A stretch of 26,579 bases of DNA from Pseudomonadota bacterium. GTDB lineage: Bacteria > Pseudomonadota > Alphaproteobacteria > Caulobacterales > Caulobacteraceae. The position numbers and the translations under genes are program-made. Where the stretch lies: the NCBI GenBank assembly GCA_041182125.1, contig JBEGOG010000034.1, positions 1 through 26,579 of the forward strand, in the 5' to 3' direction. The notes under the pieces were generated by a model that saw only the letters and a list, made by a program, of their open reading frames with translations, was not told the DNA's origin and did no database searches. Below are positions 1-8,640 of this stretch, in pieces. How positions within the stretch are numbered: the stretch's first letter is position 1; every line of letters starts with the position of its first letter.

Positions 1-550
1 CAGATCAAGAGCGTCGGCGCTCAGGCCCACCCGATCTTTGCTGAGAAGGTCACGGACCAGCCTTGCGACGTCGCCTGTGTCGTCCTCATAGCAGGGTATA
101 ACCACCGCGCCGGTCTTGGCCTGTTCAGCGGCCTTGCGCAGGGCGGAATCCTTGGCCAGCGCTCCGGCTTCGATCAAGAGCATGGCGTCGCGATTGAGCA
201 GGCCCTCGACATGCTGTTTGAGCGCTTCGGCGGCGGCCTTGTCCACCGGACCCTTTTCGCCTGTGAGCTTAAGCCGGACCAGCCGTCGCCCGCCCATGAG
301 CGACATGGCCGCCAACTCATCGACCAGTCGCGCAGAATCGTTAGAAAGGTCGGTTTCGGTCAGGACGGCGACGTCAAAGGGATCGTCAGGATTTTGCGTG
401 GATTTGGCCGCGACCAGATCGGCCCGCTCGCGGACCACGGCGCGGTCCTTGCCATAGAGCAGAACAGCGCGGATATCCGACCCCGGTGCGGATATCCGAC
501 CCCGGTTGGGCCAAAAACCGATCAATATCGGGCTTTTTGGCCAAAATCAT
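1..550 (-). pseudogene. holA: DNA polymerase III subunit delta (clamp loader), 5' part; frameshifted as assembled by a 19-bp tandem duplication; runs off the left edge
   Basis: ATG at 550, 4 bp after the lptE stop. Removing one copy of the 469-506 duplication gives an open frame MILAKKPDIDRFLAQPGSDIRAVLLYGKDRAVVRERADLVAAKSTQNPDDPFDVAVLTETDLSNDSARLVDELAAMSLMGGRRLVRLKL... to position 1, typical of alphaproteobacterial HolA. leuS-lptE-holA synteny is conserved. May be an intact gene with an assembly error. Confidence 0.9.
469..506. repeat. Perfect 19-bp tandem duplication (gcggatatccgaccccggt x2)
   Basis: Directly visible: 469-487 and 488-506 are identical. Confidence 0.97.
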
Positions 551-554
551 GGGT

Positions 555-1079
555 CTAGGGGGCCTTTTTACTGGCGAAATAGCGCGCGATCTCAAGCCGG
601 ATCTGCTGAGCCGCCTCTGACGCCGCCCGCTTTTGACCATCCTGCTGGGCCGCGATGCCGCCATACGGGGCGTCGGCGGAGTCGTAGGTGACGGCGATGG
701 GAACAAGCCCGGAAGTCAAGACCGCCCGGGTCTGGGCGTCGGTCAGGCTATAGGTGACCTTCAGTTGAAGCTCATAGCGGTTGGCGACATTATCGACTCG
801 AAGGCCGCGCGGCAGGCGCTTTTCTTCAACCACGACCTTCAACCGATAGGCGGGCGGGATGGCAGCGTCGCGACCAAAGGCATCGTCCAGATCTTCGCGC
901 AGCAGATAGCCAGCCCGTCCTTGCGCCACATCCGTTGCGATTGCCGACAGCCCCGGAGCCACGCCCGGTGAGGCATAGAGGGGCGTGAAGCCGCAGGCGG
1001 CGACGCAGAGGCAGCTCACCAAGGTCGCCCCGAGCGCTAGCCAGCCCCTGAGCCTTGATGTGACGATCCGATGTTCCAA
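555..1079 (-). CDS. lptE: LPS assembly lipoprotein LptE (RlpB family)
   Basis: Lipoprotein signal ending VAAC followed by GFTPLY; size 174 aa; position between leuS and holA. Confidence 0.88.
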   Translation of the reverse strand: MEHRIVTSRLRGWLALGATLVSCLCVAACGFTPLYASPGVAPGLSAIATDVAQGRAGYLLREDLDDAFGRDAAIPPAYRLKVVVEEKRLPRGLRVDNVANRYELQLKVTYSLTDAQTRAVLTSGLVPIAVTYDSADAPYGGIAAQQDGQKRAASEAAQQIRLEIARYFASKKAP

Positions 1080-1114
1080 GTGATCCCCTTGCCTTGATGG
1101 TCCGCAGCGGTCGT

Positions 1115-3712
1115 TCAGTTGGCGACGATATTGACGATCCGGTCCTTGACGACGATGACCTTGCGAACCGTCAGGCCCTCAAGGTGGCGTGCAACGTCGC
1201 CATCCGCCAGCGCTATTTTCTCGACCTCGGCCTCACCAAGACCAGCGGCCACGGTCACTTCCCCGCGACGCTTGCCGTTGATCTGCACCGGCAAGGTCCG
1301 TTGATCCTCGGCGGCAAGAGCGGGGACATAAACTGGCCAGGGCGCATCGACCACCAGACCCTCGCCGCCCAAACGCGCCCAGCACTCTTCGGCAAGATGG
1401 GGTGTGAAGGGTGCGATCAGCCTCGCCAAGATCGACAGGGCCTCGGCCCTGGCCGCGAGGGCAGTATCGTTTGCCCCCGTGACAGGCAAGCCCTTCAAAA
1501 TATTTAAGAATTCGTACAGTCGCGCAATGCCGCCATTGAAGCGGAAGCCCTCGATGCTGTCAGTCAGGCTGCCGATCAGACGATGGGCAGCCTTGATGAC
1601 CTCGAGTGATTTGGGATCGCCGCTATAGTCGGCCTTGGGCGCGGGACCCTCTGGTTGACTGTCGAACTCGTTCCAGACGCGGTGGACAAAGCGCCAAGCA
1701 CCCTCGACGCCGCCATTGGTCCATTGGACATCGCGCTCTGGCGGACTATCGGACATGACAAAGAGGCGGGCGGCATCAACACCATAGGCGTCAAAAATGT
1801 CCTCGGGAGCCACAACGTTCTTCTTGGACTTCGACATCTTTTCGATATCGCCGATGGTCACAGCATCGCCGCCCTCGATCAGGCGCGCGATCCTTTGATT
1901 GCCCTCATGGACAATATCGACTGCTTGCGGCTCGACCCAACTGCCGTCGGCTAGGCGATAGGTCTCATGCGTGACCATGCCTTGGGTAAAGAGCCCGGCA
2001 AATGGCTCCTCAACGCCCAGTGCGCCCGTATCCTTCAGGGCGCGGGTGATGAAGCGGGCATAGAGCAGATGCAGCACGGCATGCTCTACACCGCCGATAT
2101 ATTGGTCGACCGGCAGCCAATAGTCCGCCGCCGCGCGGTTGACGGGATCAGACGATTTGGGATCGGCAAACCGGGCAAAATACCAAGAACTGTCGACGAA
2201 AGTGTCCAGCGTATCGGTCTCGCGCTCCGCCTTGCCACCGCATGAGGGGCAGGAGACGTGTCGCCAGGTGGGGTGACGAAGCAGCGGATTGCCGGGACGA
2301 TCAAACTCGACATCGTCGGGCAGGACGACCGGCAACTGATCGGCAGGGACCGAGACCGGGCCGCAAGCCTCGCAATGAATGATCGGGATCGGGCAGCCCC
2401 AATAGCGCTGGCGAGAGACGCCCCAATCGCGCAACCGGTAGACCGTCGCGCCCTTGCCTTGGTTCTGCGCCTCAATTTTGTCGATCGCCGCGGCCTTGGC
2501 GGGCTCGATCTCAAGACCGTTTAGGAATTCGGAATTGAAAATCTTGCCGGGGCCGACATAGGCCTCCTTGTCGACCGTGAAGGTCGCGGGATCTTCACCA
2601 TTGGGAAGGACCACGCACCGGACCGGCAGGTCATATTTGCGCGCAAAATCCAGATCGCGCTGGTCGTGTGCCGGACAGCCAAAGATCGCGCCGGTGCCAT
2701 AGTCCATCAGCACAAAGTTCGCGATCCAAACCGGCAATGTCTTCGTGGAATCAAAGGGATGGGCAACGGAAAGGCCGGTATTGAGGCCCTTCTTTTCAGC
2801 CGCTTCAATGTCCGCCGCAGAGGTGCCGCCATGACGACATTCGGCCACAAAAGAAGCCGTCTTAGGATCTGCTGCGGCCAATTGCTCCGCCAACGGATGA
2901 TCGGGGGCGATGGCCAAGAAACTCGCGCCATAGAGCGTGTCTGGACGGGTGGTATAGACCTCTAGGCCGCCCTCAAACCCGGCCGGGGCGGAGCCGGAAA
3001 AGTCAAAGGTCAGGCGCAGGCCCTTGGACCTTCCGATCCAGTTTTCCTGCATCAGGCGGACCTTGTCTGGCCAGCGATCAAGGCCGCCGAGACCTTCGAT
3101 CAGGGCGTCGGCATAGTCGGTAATGCGCAAGAACCACTGGGTCAGCTTGCGCTTTTCAACGGTCGCGCCGGAACGCCAGCCCTTGCCGTCAATCACCTGC
3201 TCATTGGCCAGAACGGTCATATCGACCGGATCCCAATTGACCACGCCTTCCTTGCGATAGACGAGGCCCTTGGCCAGCAGTTCAAGGAACCAGGCCTGCT
3301 GCTTGCCGTAATAGTCGGGATCGCAGGTCGCAAACTCACGCGACCAATCGACCGATAGGCCGAGCAGCTTAAGCTGGCGGCGCATGGCGTCGATATTGTC
3401 GTAGGTCCAACCCTTGGGGTGGATACCCCGCTCCATGGCTGCATTTTCAGCCGGCATACCAAAGGCGTCCCAGCCCATCGGATGAAGGACGTTAAAGCCC
3501 CTCGCCCGCTTGAACCGTGCCACCACATCGCCCATCGCATAGTTGCGGACATGGCCCATATGGATGCGCCCAGACGGATAGGGGAACATCTCAAGCACAT
3601 AGTACTTTGGACGGTCACCAGCAGCTTCGGGCGCGACGGTGGTGAACACCCCCGCCTCATCCCAAGCGGCGCGCCATTTGGGCTCAGCTTCTTTTGGATT
3701 GTAACGGGGCAT
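1115..3712 (-). CDS. leuS: Leucine--tRNA ligase
   Basis: [12 protein letters not shown] (HIGH motif), GWDAFG, CP1 editing domain YTTRPDT...GTG...PAHDQRD, KMSKS motif. Start placed at ATG 3712 (MPRYNPKE). Confidence 0.98.
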   Translation of the reverse strand: MPRYNPKEAEPKWRAAWDEAGVFTTVAPEAAGDRPKYYVLEMFPYPSGRIHMGHVRNYAMGDVVARFKRARGFNVLHPMGWDAFGMPAENAAMERGIHPKGWTYDNIDAMRRQLKLLGLSVDWSREFATCDPDYYGKQQAWFLELLAKGLVYRKEGVVNWDPVDMTVLANEQVIDGKGWRSGATVEKRKLTQWFLRITDYADALIEGLGGLDRWPDKVRLMQENWIGRSKGLRLTFDFSGSAPAGFEGGLEVYTTRPDTLYGASFLAIAPDHPLAEQLAAADPKTASFVAECRHGGTSAADIEAAEKKGLNTGLSVAHPFDSTKTLPVWIANFVLMDYGTGAIFGCPAHDQRDLDFARKYDLPVRCVVLPNGEDPATFTVDKEAYVGPGKIFNSEFLNGLEIEPAKAAAIDKIEAQNQGKGATVYRLRDWGVSRQRYWGCPIPIIHCEACGPVSVPADQLPVVLPDDVEFDRPGNPLLRHPTWRHVSCPSCGGKAERETDTLDTFVDSSWYFARFADPKSSDPVNRAAADYWLPVDQYIGGVEHAVLHLLYARFITRALKDTGALGVEEPFAGLFTQGMVTHETYRLADGSWVEPQAVDIVHEGNQRIARLIEGGDAVTIGDIEKMSKSKKNVVAPEDIFDAYGVDAARLFVMSDSPPERDVQWTNGGVEGAWRFVHRVWNEFDSQPEGPAPKADYSGDPKSLEVIKAAHRLIGSLTDSIEGFRFNGGIARLYEFLNILKGLPVTGANDTALAARAEALSILARLIAPFTPHLAEECWARLGGEGLVVDAPWPVYVPALAAEDQRTLPVQINGKRRGEVTVAAGLGEAEVEKIALADGDVARHLEGLTVRKVIVVKDRIVNIVAN

Positions 3713-3809
3713 GACTGTGGCGGCTTTGGCAGAAGGGAAGGGTGGCGGCAACGCGCGAACGGTGCCGGAGGGGATCGAAGGATAAGGGGGAGCGGCTAGG
3801 CCGCCCCGT

Positions 3810-4319
3810 TTAGCCCTTACCGTTAATGGTCGACAGACGCAGCTGACGGGCGCGGGTCAGGATCGCATTTTCCATATCGGTCTCTGTTTGCGCGGCGGTG
3901 GGCGAGTCGGCCCAAGCGCCGGACGCATCCTTCACCTGCTTGAACACCGCAACATTCAGGCCATCGGCGCGAAGGCGGGTGTCGAGGATATAGACTGTGA
4001 CCTTGAAGCGCTCATCAGGCTTTTCCGGGCTGGTGTACCAATCGGTAATGATCACGCCGCCCCAAGGATCGGCCGAGGTCAGCGGAATGAAGGATAGGGT
4101 GTCGAGTGAGGCGCGCCATAGATAGCTGTTAACACCAATCTGGCTGCCCGCTTCAGCGGCCACAGCAGACTTGCGACGGAAGGGGTTAAAGCCACCTTCT
4201 TCTTGGGTTTGGAAGACGGTCGGACCCTTTGATCCCCCGATCTTAAGGGTCGAACAGCCGGCAACTGCCACGAGGGCCACGGCTGCGACCACCACAGACG
4301 CCTTACGCATAAACGCCAT
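3810..4319 (-). CDS. DUF3576 family lipoprotein
   Basis: Lipobox VAGC; [17 protein letters not shown]...[12 protein letters not shown] motif typical of DUF3576, usually found upstream of leuS. GGAG 9 nt before ATG 4319. Confidence 0.85.
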   Translation of the reverse strand: MAFMRKASVVVAAVALVAVAGCSTLKIGGSKGPTVFQTQEEGGFNPFRRKSAVAAEAGSQIGVNSYLWRASLDTLSFIPLTSADPWGGVIITDWYTSPEKPDERFKVTVYILDTRLRADGLNVAVFKQVKDASGAWADSPTAAQTETDMENAILTRARQLRLSTINGKG

Positions 4320-4500
4320 ATTCAATCGCTCCACTCATTGGCTAATCCGTACTGTTCGGATTGGCTCTGTCGCCCCCGACCGCCTCAAACTGTCATCATC
4401 GCGGTCTATAGCACGGCGACGCTGCCTCCAAACAGGAATCACGTGACTAAAGGGCCACAGAATGATGTTTAGCGCCCATCAGGCGGATGAATCTTGTGGT

Positions 4501-4545
4501 GGTCAACAGAGTCCGTGTTGACCCCGCGGAAAAGAAGCCTTTAAT
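4501..4545 (+). promoter_or_regulatory. Putative sigma70 promoter (TTGACC-N16-TTTAAT) overlapping a perfect 8-bp inverted repeat GGTCAACA-N7-TGTTGACC
   Basis: -35 at 4518-4523, -10 at 4540-4545, upstream of the ntrZ-like gene; inverted repeat arms at 4501-4508 and 4516-4523. Confidence 0.5.
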
Positions 4546-4625
4546 CAAGGCTGTCGAGGATGATTTGGTTCGCCCTTGATGACGATCAATGCGGTTCAAA
4601 GAATACAGGTTCACTCGGTTTAGTC

Positions 4626-5036
4626 ATGTCTCTCTTGCGCACCATAGCCGTTGGCACGGTCGGGCTGATCCTCTCGGGGATGGCACTGACGGCTCATGCC
4701 GCTGATGCGCCGCGCGGCAAGGCAACCGTGACCACTGAGGTGGCCCCTGGAACCGATGCGTTTGCTAAGGATCAGAACCAGTGGGGCGCTCAATCGACCC
4801 GCCGCTCCTTGCAGTGGGACGATAAGGCCCGTTGGGGCGTCAAGCTGGACCTGACCCAGCCTTCCAGCCGCGACATGCAGCTAAAAGACATTCAGGCGGG
4901 TGCCTATTATCGGCTGTCCCCCTCCTTGCGCGTCGGCGGTGCTGTGGCACTGGGCGACTCAGCCCAACTTAATCGCTACACCGTGCCGCAAGATCGCGCG
5001 CCGCGCGTTCGCCTAGAGACCGCCTTCAAGTTCTAA
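4626..5036 (+). CDS. ntrZ: NtrZ-family exported regulatory protein
   Basis: Signal peptide (MSLLRTIAVG...ALTAHA); SLQWD..RWGVKLDL, AGAYYRLSPSLRVGGAVALG and PRVRLETAFKF resemble Caulobacter NtrZ as recalled; position near leuS and cenR fits. Start moved to ATG 4626. Confidence 0.7.
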   Translation: MSLLRTIAVGTVGLILSGMALTAHAADAPRGKATVTTEVAPGTDAFAKDQNQWGAQSTRRSLQWDDKARWGVKLDLTQPSSRDMQLKDIQAGAYYRLSPSLRVGGAVALGDSAQLNRYTVPQDRAPRVRLETAFKF

Positions 5037-5670
5037 GGCCTTCGATCGCTGCGATCCCCCAGACGCCCGTCCCCGAAAGGAGGCGGGCATTTTTGTGGCC
5101 TATGCCGCCCAGCGCGATGGCAGGCAGCTTGGCGTTGCTGACCCACGCGGCAAGCCGTGTTTGTCCCAGAGGGCGACCGGCTGATGGGCTTTGACTGGCG
5201 AAAACCGGTGAAACCAGTGCCGCATCCAGTCCGAGCTGGGCCGCCTTGGCGATGGCGCGGGGGCTGTGGGCCGCTGTGGTGATGATCCAGCTCGGATGCC
5301 GGGCCCTGACCCGCCTCGCCTCGCCCATCATCCGTTCGGGCAGGTGAACCCCATCAGCCCCAACCTTGCAGGCCAAGGCCTCATCTGCGCCGATCAAGAG
5401 CGTCAGGCCCCGTCGTTTGGCCAAATCGGCTAAGGCCAACGCCTCGGCCAGCGCCTGAGGACGGCCAAAGCTGCGATAGATGATCCCGCTTCCCCTAGGC
5501 AGGGTTAGGGCCGTACCCAAAAGGTCGGGTAACCGGTCTGGATCGGTCATCAGCCAAAGGCGGGGCAGGGCGACAGATCTTGCTCTGAGCCCCTTAGGAG
5601 CCTTTCGCTTTTGAGCCAGACGGCCTAGCTTCGCCGCTTCGGCGATCAGGCCGCGCCGCTTCAGTTCCAT
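5026..5670 (-). CDS. Thiamine phosphate synthase (ThiE/TenI) family protein
   Basis: WLMTDPDR, GADGVHLPE, TTAAHS, ALVSPVF, IALGGI motifs of the TMP-TENI barrel. The ORF-track N-terminal extension overlaps yggS and was trimmed to ATG 5670. Confidence 0.82.
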   Translation of the reverse strand: MELKRRGLIAEAAKLGRLAQKRKAPKGLRARSVALPRLWLMTDPDRLPDLLGTALTLPRGSGIIYRSFGRPQALAEALALADLAKRRGLTLLIGADEALACKVGADGVHLPERMMGEARRVRARHPSWIITTAAHSPRAIAKAAQLGLDAALVSPVFASQSPSAGRPLGQTRLAAWVSNAKLPAIALGGIGHKNARLLSGTGVWGIAAIEGLRT

Positions 5671-5676
5671 GGCATC

Positions 5677-6336
5677 ATGACCGACACTCAAATCTCGCCC
5701 CGTCAAACGATCCTGACCCGAATGGCATCCGCAGCCCGCGCGGCGGGCCGGTCGCCAGAGGATGTGGCGCTTGTCGCCGTCTCCAAGCAACAGCCATGGG
5801 AGGCCATTGCACCGGTTTTGGCAGAAGGACAGCTTATTTTTGGCGAGAACCGGGTTCAAGAGGCCCAAGAGCGTTGGGCCAATCGACGCGAGGGATTGGA
5901 GTTGCGCCTGATTGGGCCGCTACAGACCAATAAGGTCCGCGATGCTGTGGCCCTGTTTGATGTGATTGAGACGCTGGATCGTCCGAAACTGGCCAAGGCC
6001 TTGGCCGAAGAGGCCGCGCGGCAAGGGCGGACGCCGCGCCTCTATGTCCAAGTCAACACCGGCCAAGAGCCGCAAAAAGCCGGGGTATCGCCGACGGTTG
6101 CCGATGGGTTCATCGCCGAATGCCGGTCCTTGGGCCTGCCCATTGAGGGCCTGATGGCTATTCCGCCCGAAGGGGTGCCCCCCGGTATGCACTTTGCGCT
6201 GCTCGCCAAGATCGCGGCGCGTAATGGTCTGGCCAAGCTCTCGATGGGTATGAGCGGTGATTTCGAGACCGCAATTGCCCATGGCGCAACCTCGGTCCGG
6301 GTGGGCTCGGCGCTCTTTGGCGCGAGGACCTATTAA
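5677..6336 (+). CDS. yggS: PLP homeostasis protein, YggS family
   Basis: LVAVSK (PLP lysine), [54 protein letters not shown]. Confidence 0.96.
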   Translation: MTDTQISPRQTILTRMASAARAAGRSPEDVALVAVSKQQPWEAIAPVLAEGQLIFGENRVQEAQERWANRREGLELRLIGPLQTNKVRDAVALFDVIETLDRPKLAKALAEEAARQGRTPRLYVQVNTGQEPQKAGVSPTVADGFIAECRSLGLPIEGLMAIPPEGVPPGMHFALLAKIAARNGLAKLSMGMSGDFETAIAHGATSVRVGSALFGARTY

Positions 6337-6343
6337 GCCTCTC

Positions 6344-6847
6344 CTAGAGCTTGATTTCGATGGCTGAGCCCGGCCCGGCAAGGCGTATGACCTCGAGCAT
6401 GTCTTCTAGGCTTAAGGCGATACAGCCCTCTGTTGGCGAGAAACCGGGGCGGGCGAGATGTAAAAAGATGGCCGAGCCCATGCCCGCCATCGGCGGGTCG
6501 TCATTGTGCCCCAAGATGCCGACCAGATCATAGACATGATCCTCGCGCCACATCTGCTCGGCGCTGGCGGGGTAGGGCAGGGTGACGGGTTGATTATAGA
6601 GCGGATCGTCCGCGCCGTCGCACCATCCGTCCTGAGGCTGGGTCGCAGCGATCGGCAATAGAGTCTGCGGTAGAGACAGGCGGTCTGCGCGATAGACAAA
6701 GCGACGAATGGGCCAAATACCAAGCGGACTTGCCCCATCCCCTTCACGCTTGTCGGTTGCTGCAATCATGCCGCTGCGCCCGATCGCGCATGGAACCACG
6801 CGGCCATTGAGGGTAAAGTTCCCATCTGACGAAGCCGTGAAGATCAT
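6344..6847 (-). CDS. L,D-transpeptidase catalytic-domain (YkuD-like) protein
   Basis: KREGDGASPLG, GSAIFLH...TEGCIAL (His/Cys catalytic motif); no signal peptide visible. Confidence 0.85.
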   Translation of the reverse strand: MIFTASSDGNFTLNGRVVPCAIGRSGMIAATDKREGDGASPLGIWPIRRFVYRADRLSLPQTLLPIAATQPQDGWCDGADDPLYNQPVTLPYPASAEQMWREDHVYDLVGILGHNDDPPMAGMGSAIFLHLARPGFSPTEGCIALSLEDMLEVIRLAGPGSAIEIKL

Positions 6848-6898
6848 GGCTCACCTCTGCCCTTTGCCAAACGCCCAGACCGGTGCATGTTCTATCCT

Positions 6899-7585
6899 AT
6901 GGCTCAACATAAGACCCTGCTGATCATCGACGACGATGAGGACCTGCGCTCCGCCCTTGCCGAGCAACTGGACCTACACGACGAATTCAACACCGTTCAG
7001 GCGCAAAATGCCATCGATGGGCTGCGTTTGGCGCAAGAGATTAAGCCAGACCTGATCCTGCTGGATGTGGACTTGCCGGATATGGACGGCCGCGATGCCT
7101 GTCAGCAAATGCGTCTGGTAGGCGTCACGGCCCCCGTGATCATGCTGACCGCTGCCGATACGGATACAGACACGATCCGAGGCCTAGAGTCTGGGGCCAA
7201 TGACTATGTCACCAAGCCCTTCAAGTTTCAGGTTCTGGTGGCCCGTATCCGTGCCCAACTTCGCGTCCACGAACAGTCTGAGGATGCGGTCTATCGGCTT
7301 GGCCCCTATGAGTTTCGCCCGTCTGCCAAGCTCTTGGTGGATGCCAAGCAAAAGAAGATCCGGCTGACCGAAAAGGAAGCCAATATCCTGAAATATCTCT
7401 ATCGCGCCGGGACCAAGTCGGTGTCGCGCGAGGAACTCTTGGCCGAGGTCTGGGGCTATAATGCCGGCGTGACCACCCACACGCTAGAAACCCATGTCTA
7501 TCGTTTGCGTCAAAAGATCGAGCCGGAGACGGGGTCGCAGAAACTGCTCCTGACCGAGCCCGGCGGCTATCGCCTCGCGCCCTAG
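6899..7585 (+). CDS. cenR: OmpR-family response regulator, CenR orthologue
   Basis: Receiver domain (IIDDD, LLDVDLPDMDG, KPF) plus winged helix (LTEKE, VWGY, THTLETHVYRLRQKIE); sequence and neighbourhood match cenR of Caulobacter as recalled. Start ATG 6899. Confidence 0.82.
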   Translation: MAQHKTLLIIDDDEDLRSALAEQLDLHDEFNTVQAQNAIDGLRLAQEIKPDLILLDVDLPDMDGRDACQQMRLVGVTAPVIMLTAADTDTDTIRGLESGANDYVTKPFKFQVLVARIRAQLRVHEQSEDAVYRLGPYEFRPSAKLLVDAKQKKIRLTEKEANILKYLYRAGTKSVSREELLAEVWGYNAGVTTHTLETHVYRLRQKIEPETGSQKLLLTEPGGYRLAP

Positions 7586-8388
7586 ACCATCAAATCGGCC
7601 GTGACGGGCACGTGATCACTGGGTCGTTCCCACTCGCGCACCGTGTCATGGACCATCGAAGAGACCGAGCCTTGCGCAAAGGCGGCGTCTCTTAGGCCCG
7701 GGCTGGCCAAGATGTGATCGAGCCTAAGGCCCCGGTTCGAGGCGCGGAAATCAGCGGCGCGATAGCTCCACCAAGAAAAGAGCTTCTGTGGCTCCGGAAC
7801 CGCTTCGCGGGGCAGGTCCAGAAAGCCGAGTGAGGCCTTGAGCTTGGCCATGGCCTCGATCTCGACGGGCGTATGGCTGACCACCTTGAGCATCTGCTTG
7901 TGGCTCCAGACGTCATTTTCGCCCGGCGCGACATTGAGGTCACCGGTCAGAATCAGGGGAGCCTTGGGGTCACGTTTGGCCATATCTGCGGTCAGGCGCT
8001 CGAAAAAATCCATCTTATGATCGAACTTGGGATTGGCCACGCGGTCAGCCTCGTCACCGCCAGCCGGGATGTAGAAATTGTGGATCTCGACCCCCGCCAC
8101 CTTGACCGCAGCGGTGCGGGCATGGCCCTCACGGCACAGGTCAAGATCCATGCCCTCTTCGAAGGGAAGACGCGAGGCGATGGCCACGCCGTGATAGCTC
8201 TTCTGACCCCGAATAACGAGATGGGGCAGGCCTATGGCCTCAAAGGCTTCGGTCGGAAACTCGCCGTTCTGACATTTGATTTCCTGCAAACAGAGGACAT
8301 CGGGGGCCTGTTCGGCGACAAAGCGCGCGATCTGGTCAAGCCTCAGGCGGACCGAGTTGATGTTCCAGGTGGCGAGGCGAAGGCGCAT
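7582..8388 (-). CDS. xth: Exodeoxyribonuclease III (AP endonuclease)
   Basis: ATWNINSVR, LCLQEIK, GDLNVAP, FSWWSYR, GLRLDHIL, PSDHVPV. Confidence 0.95.
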   Translation of the reverse strand: MRLRLATWNINSVRLRLDQIARFVAEQAPDVLCLQEIKCQNGEFPTEAFEAIGLPHLVIRGQKSYHGVAIASRLPFEEGMDLDLCREGHARTAAVKVAGVEIHNFYIPAGGDEADRVANPKFDHKMDFFERLTADMAKRDPKAPLILTGDLNVAPGENDVWSHKQMLKVVSHTPVEIEAMAKLKASLGFLDLPREAVPEPQKLFSWWSYRAADFRASNRGLRLDHILASPGLRDAAFAQGSVSSMVHDTVREWERPSDHVPVTADLMV

Positions 8389-8440
8389 GGCAAGGGTCCG
8401 GGGTTGGCGGTTGATCCCCTATAGGCCCGTTTGCCACCCG

Positions 8441-8477
8441 AAAAAAAGCCCGGAGCGGGTCAGACCGCTTCCGGGCT
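8441..8477 (-). terminator. Rho-independent terminator
   Basis: Minus strand AGCCCGGAAGCGG-TCTGAC-CCGCTCCGGGCT followed by a U-tract (A7 at 8441-8447 on plus). Confidence 0.85.
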
Positions 8478-8563
8478 AAAAAGTAGACGTTCACACCGAT
8501 GTCGGGAGGGGATGTAATCCGACATAGGATCAAGCGGCACAGGGGAATATGCCGCCGCCTAGT
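8441..8563 (-). ncRNA. Candidate trans-acting small RNA (~120 nt), family not identified
   Basis: Own promoter (8569-8597); hairpin 1 GCGGCA-UAUUCCCCUG-UGCCGC (8534-8555); hairpin 2 AUGUCGG-AUUACAUCCCCUC-CCGACAU (8499-8525); U5 stretch then intrinsic terminator. 5' end estimated from the -10 element. Confidence 0.72.
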
Positions 8564-8568
8564 GTGAC

Positions 8569-8597
8569 CTTATAGACACGCCAGCATATAAAGTCAA
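8569..8597 (-). promoter_or_regulatory. sigma70-type promoter TTGACT-N17-TATAAG
   Basis: -35 at 8597-8592, -10 at 8574-8569, 17-nt spacer; points at the candidate sRNA. Confidence 0.75.
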
Positions 8598-8640
8598 GGT
8601 GAATCACGGTTTTCCTTGCCTGTCGTCAAAATGTCACAGA

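Noticed and set aside
533-540. Slippery-looking C-AAA-AAG near the holA start as a dnaX-style -1 frameshift rescue
   Set aside because: The 19-bp insertion needs a +1 shift to regain frame; a -1 slip goes to the wrong frame, and the heptamer is not a full A-AAA-AAG.
5671-5868. N-terminal extensions in the ORF track (ThiE-like to 5868; also LON_N to 14577, cnoX to 15451, ompA to 25029, ntrZ from 4560)
   Set aside because: They overlap neighbouring genes or promoters and lack family similarity; downstream ATGs fit better.
8336-8533. 65-aa ORF overlapping the sRNA candidate
   Set aside because: TTG start without SD, runs through the terminator and into xth, and has no recognisable motif.
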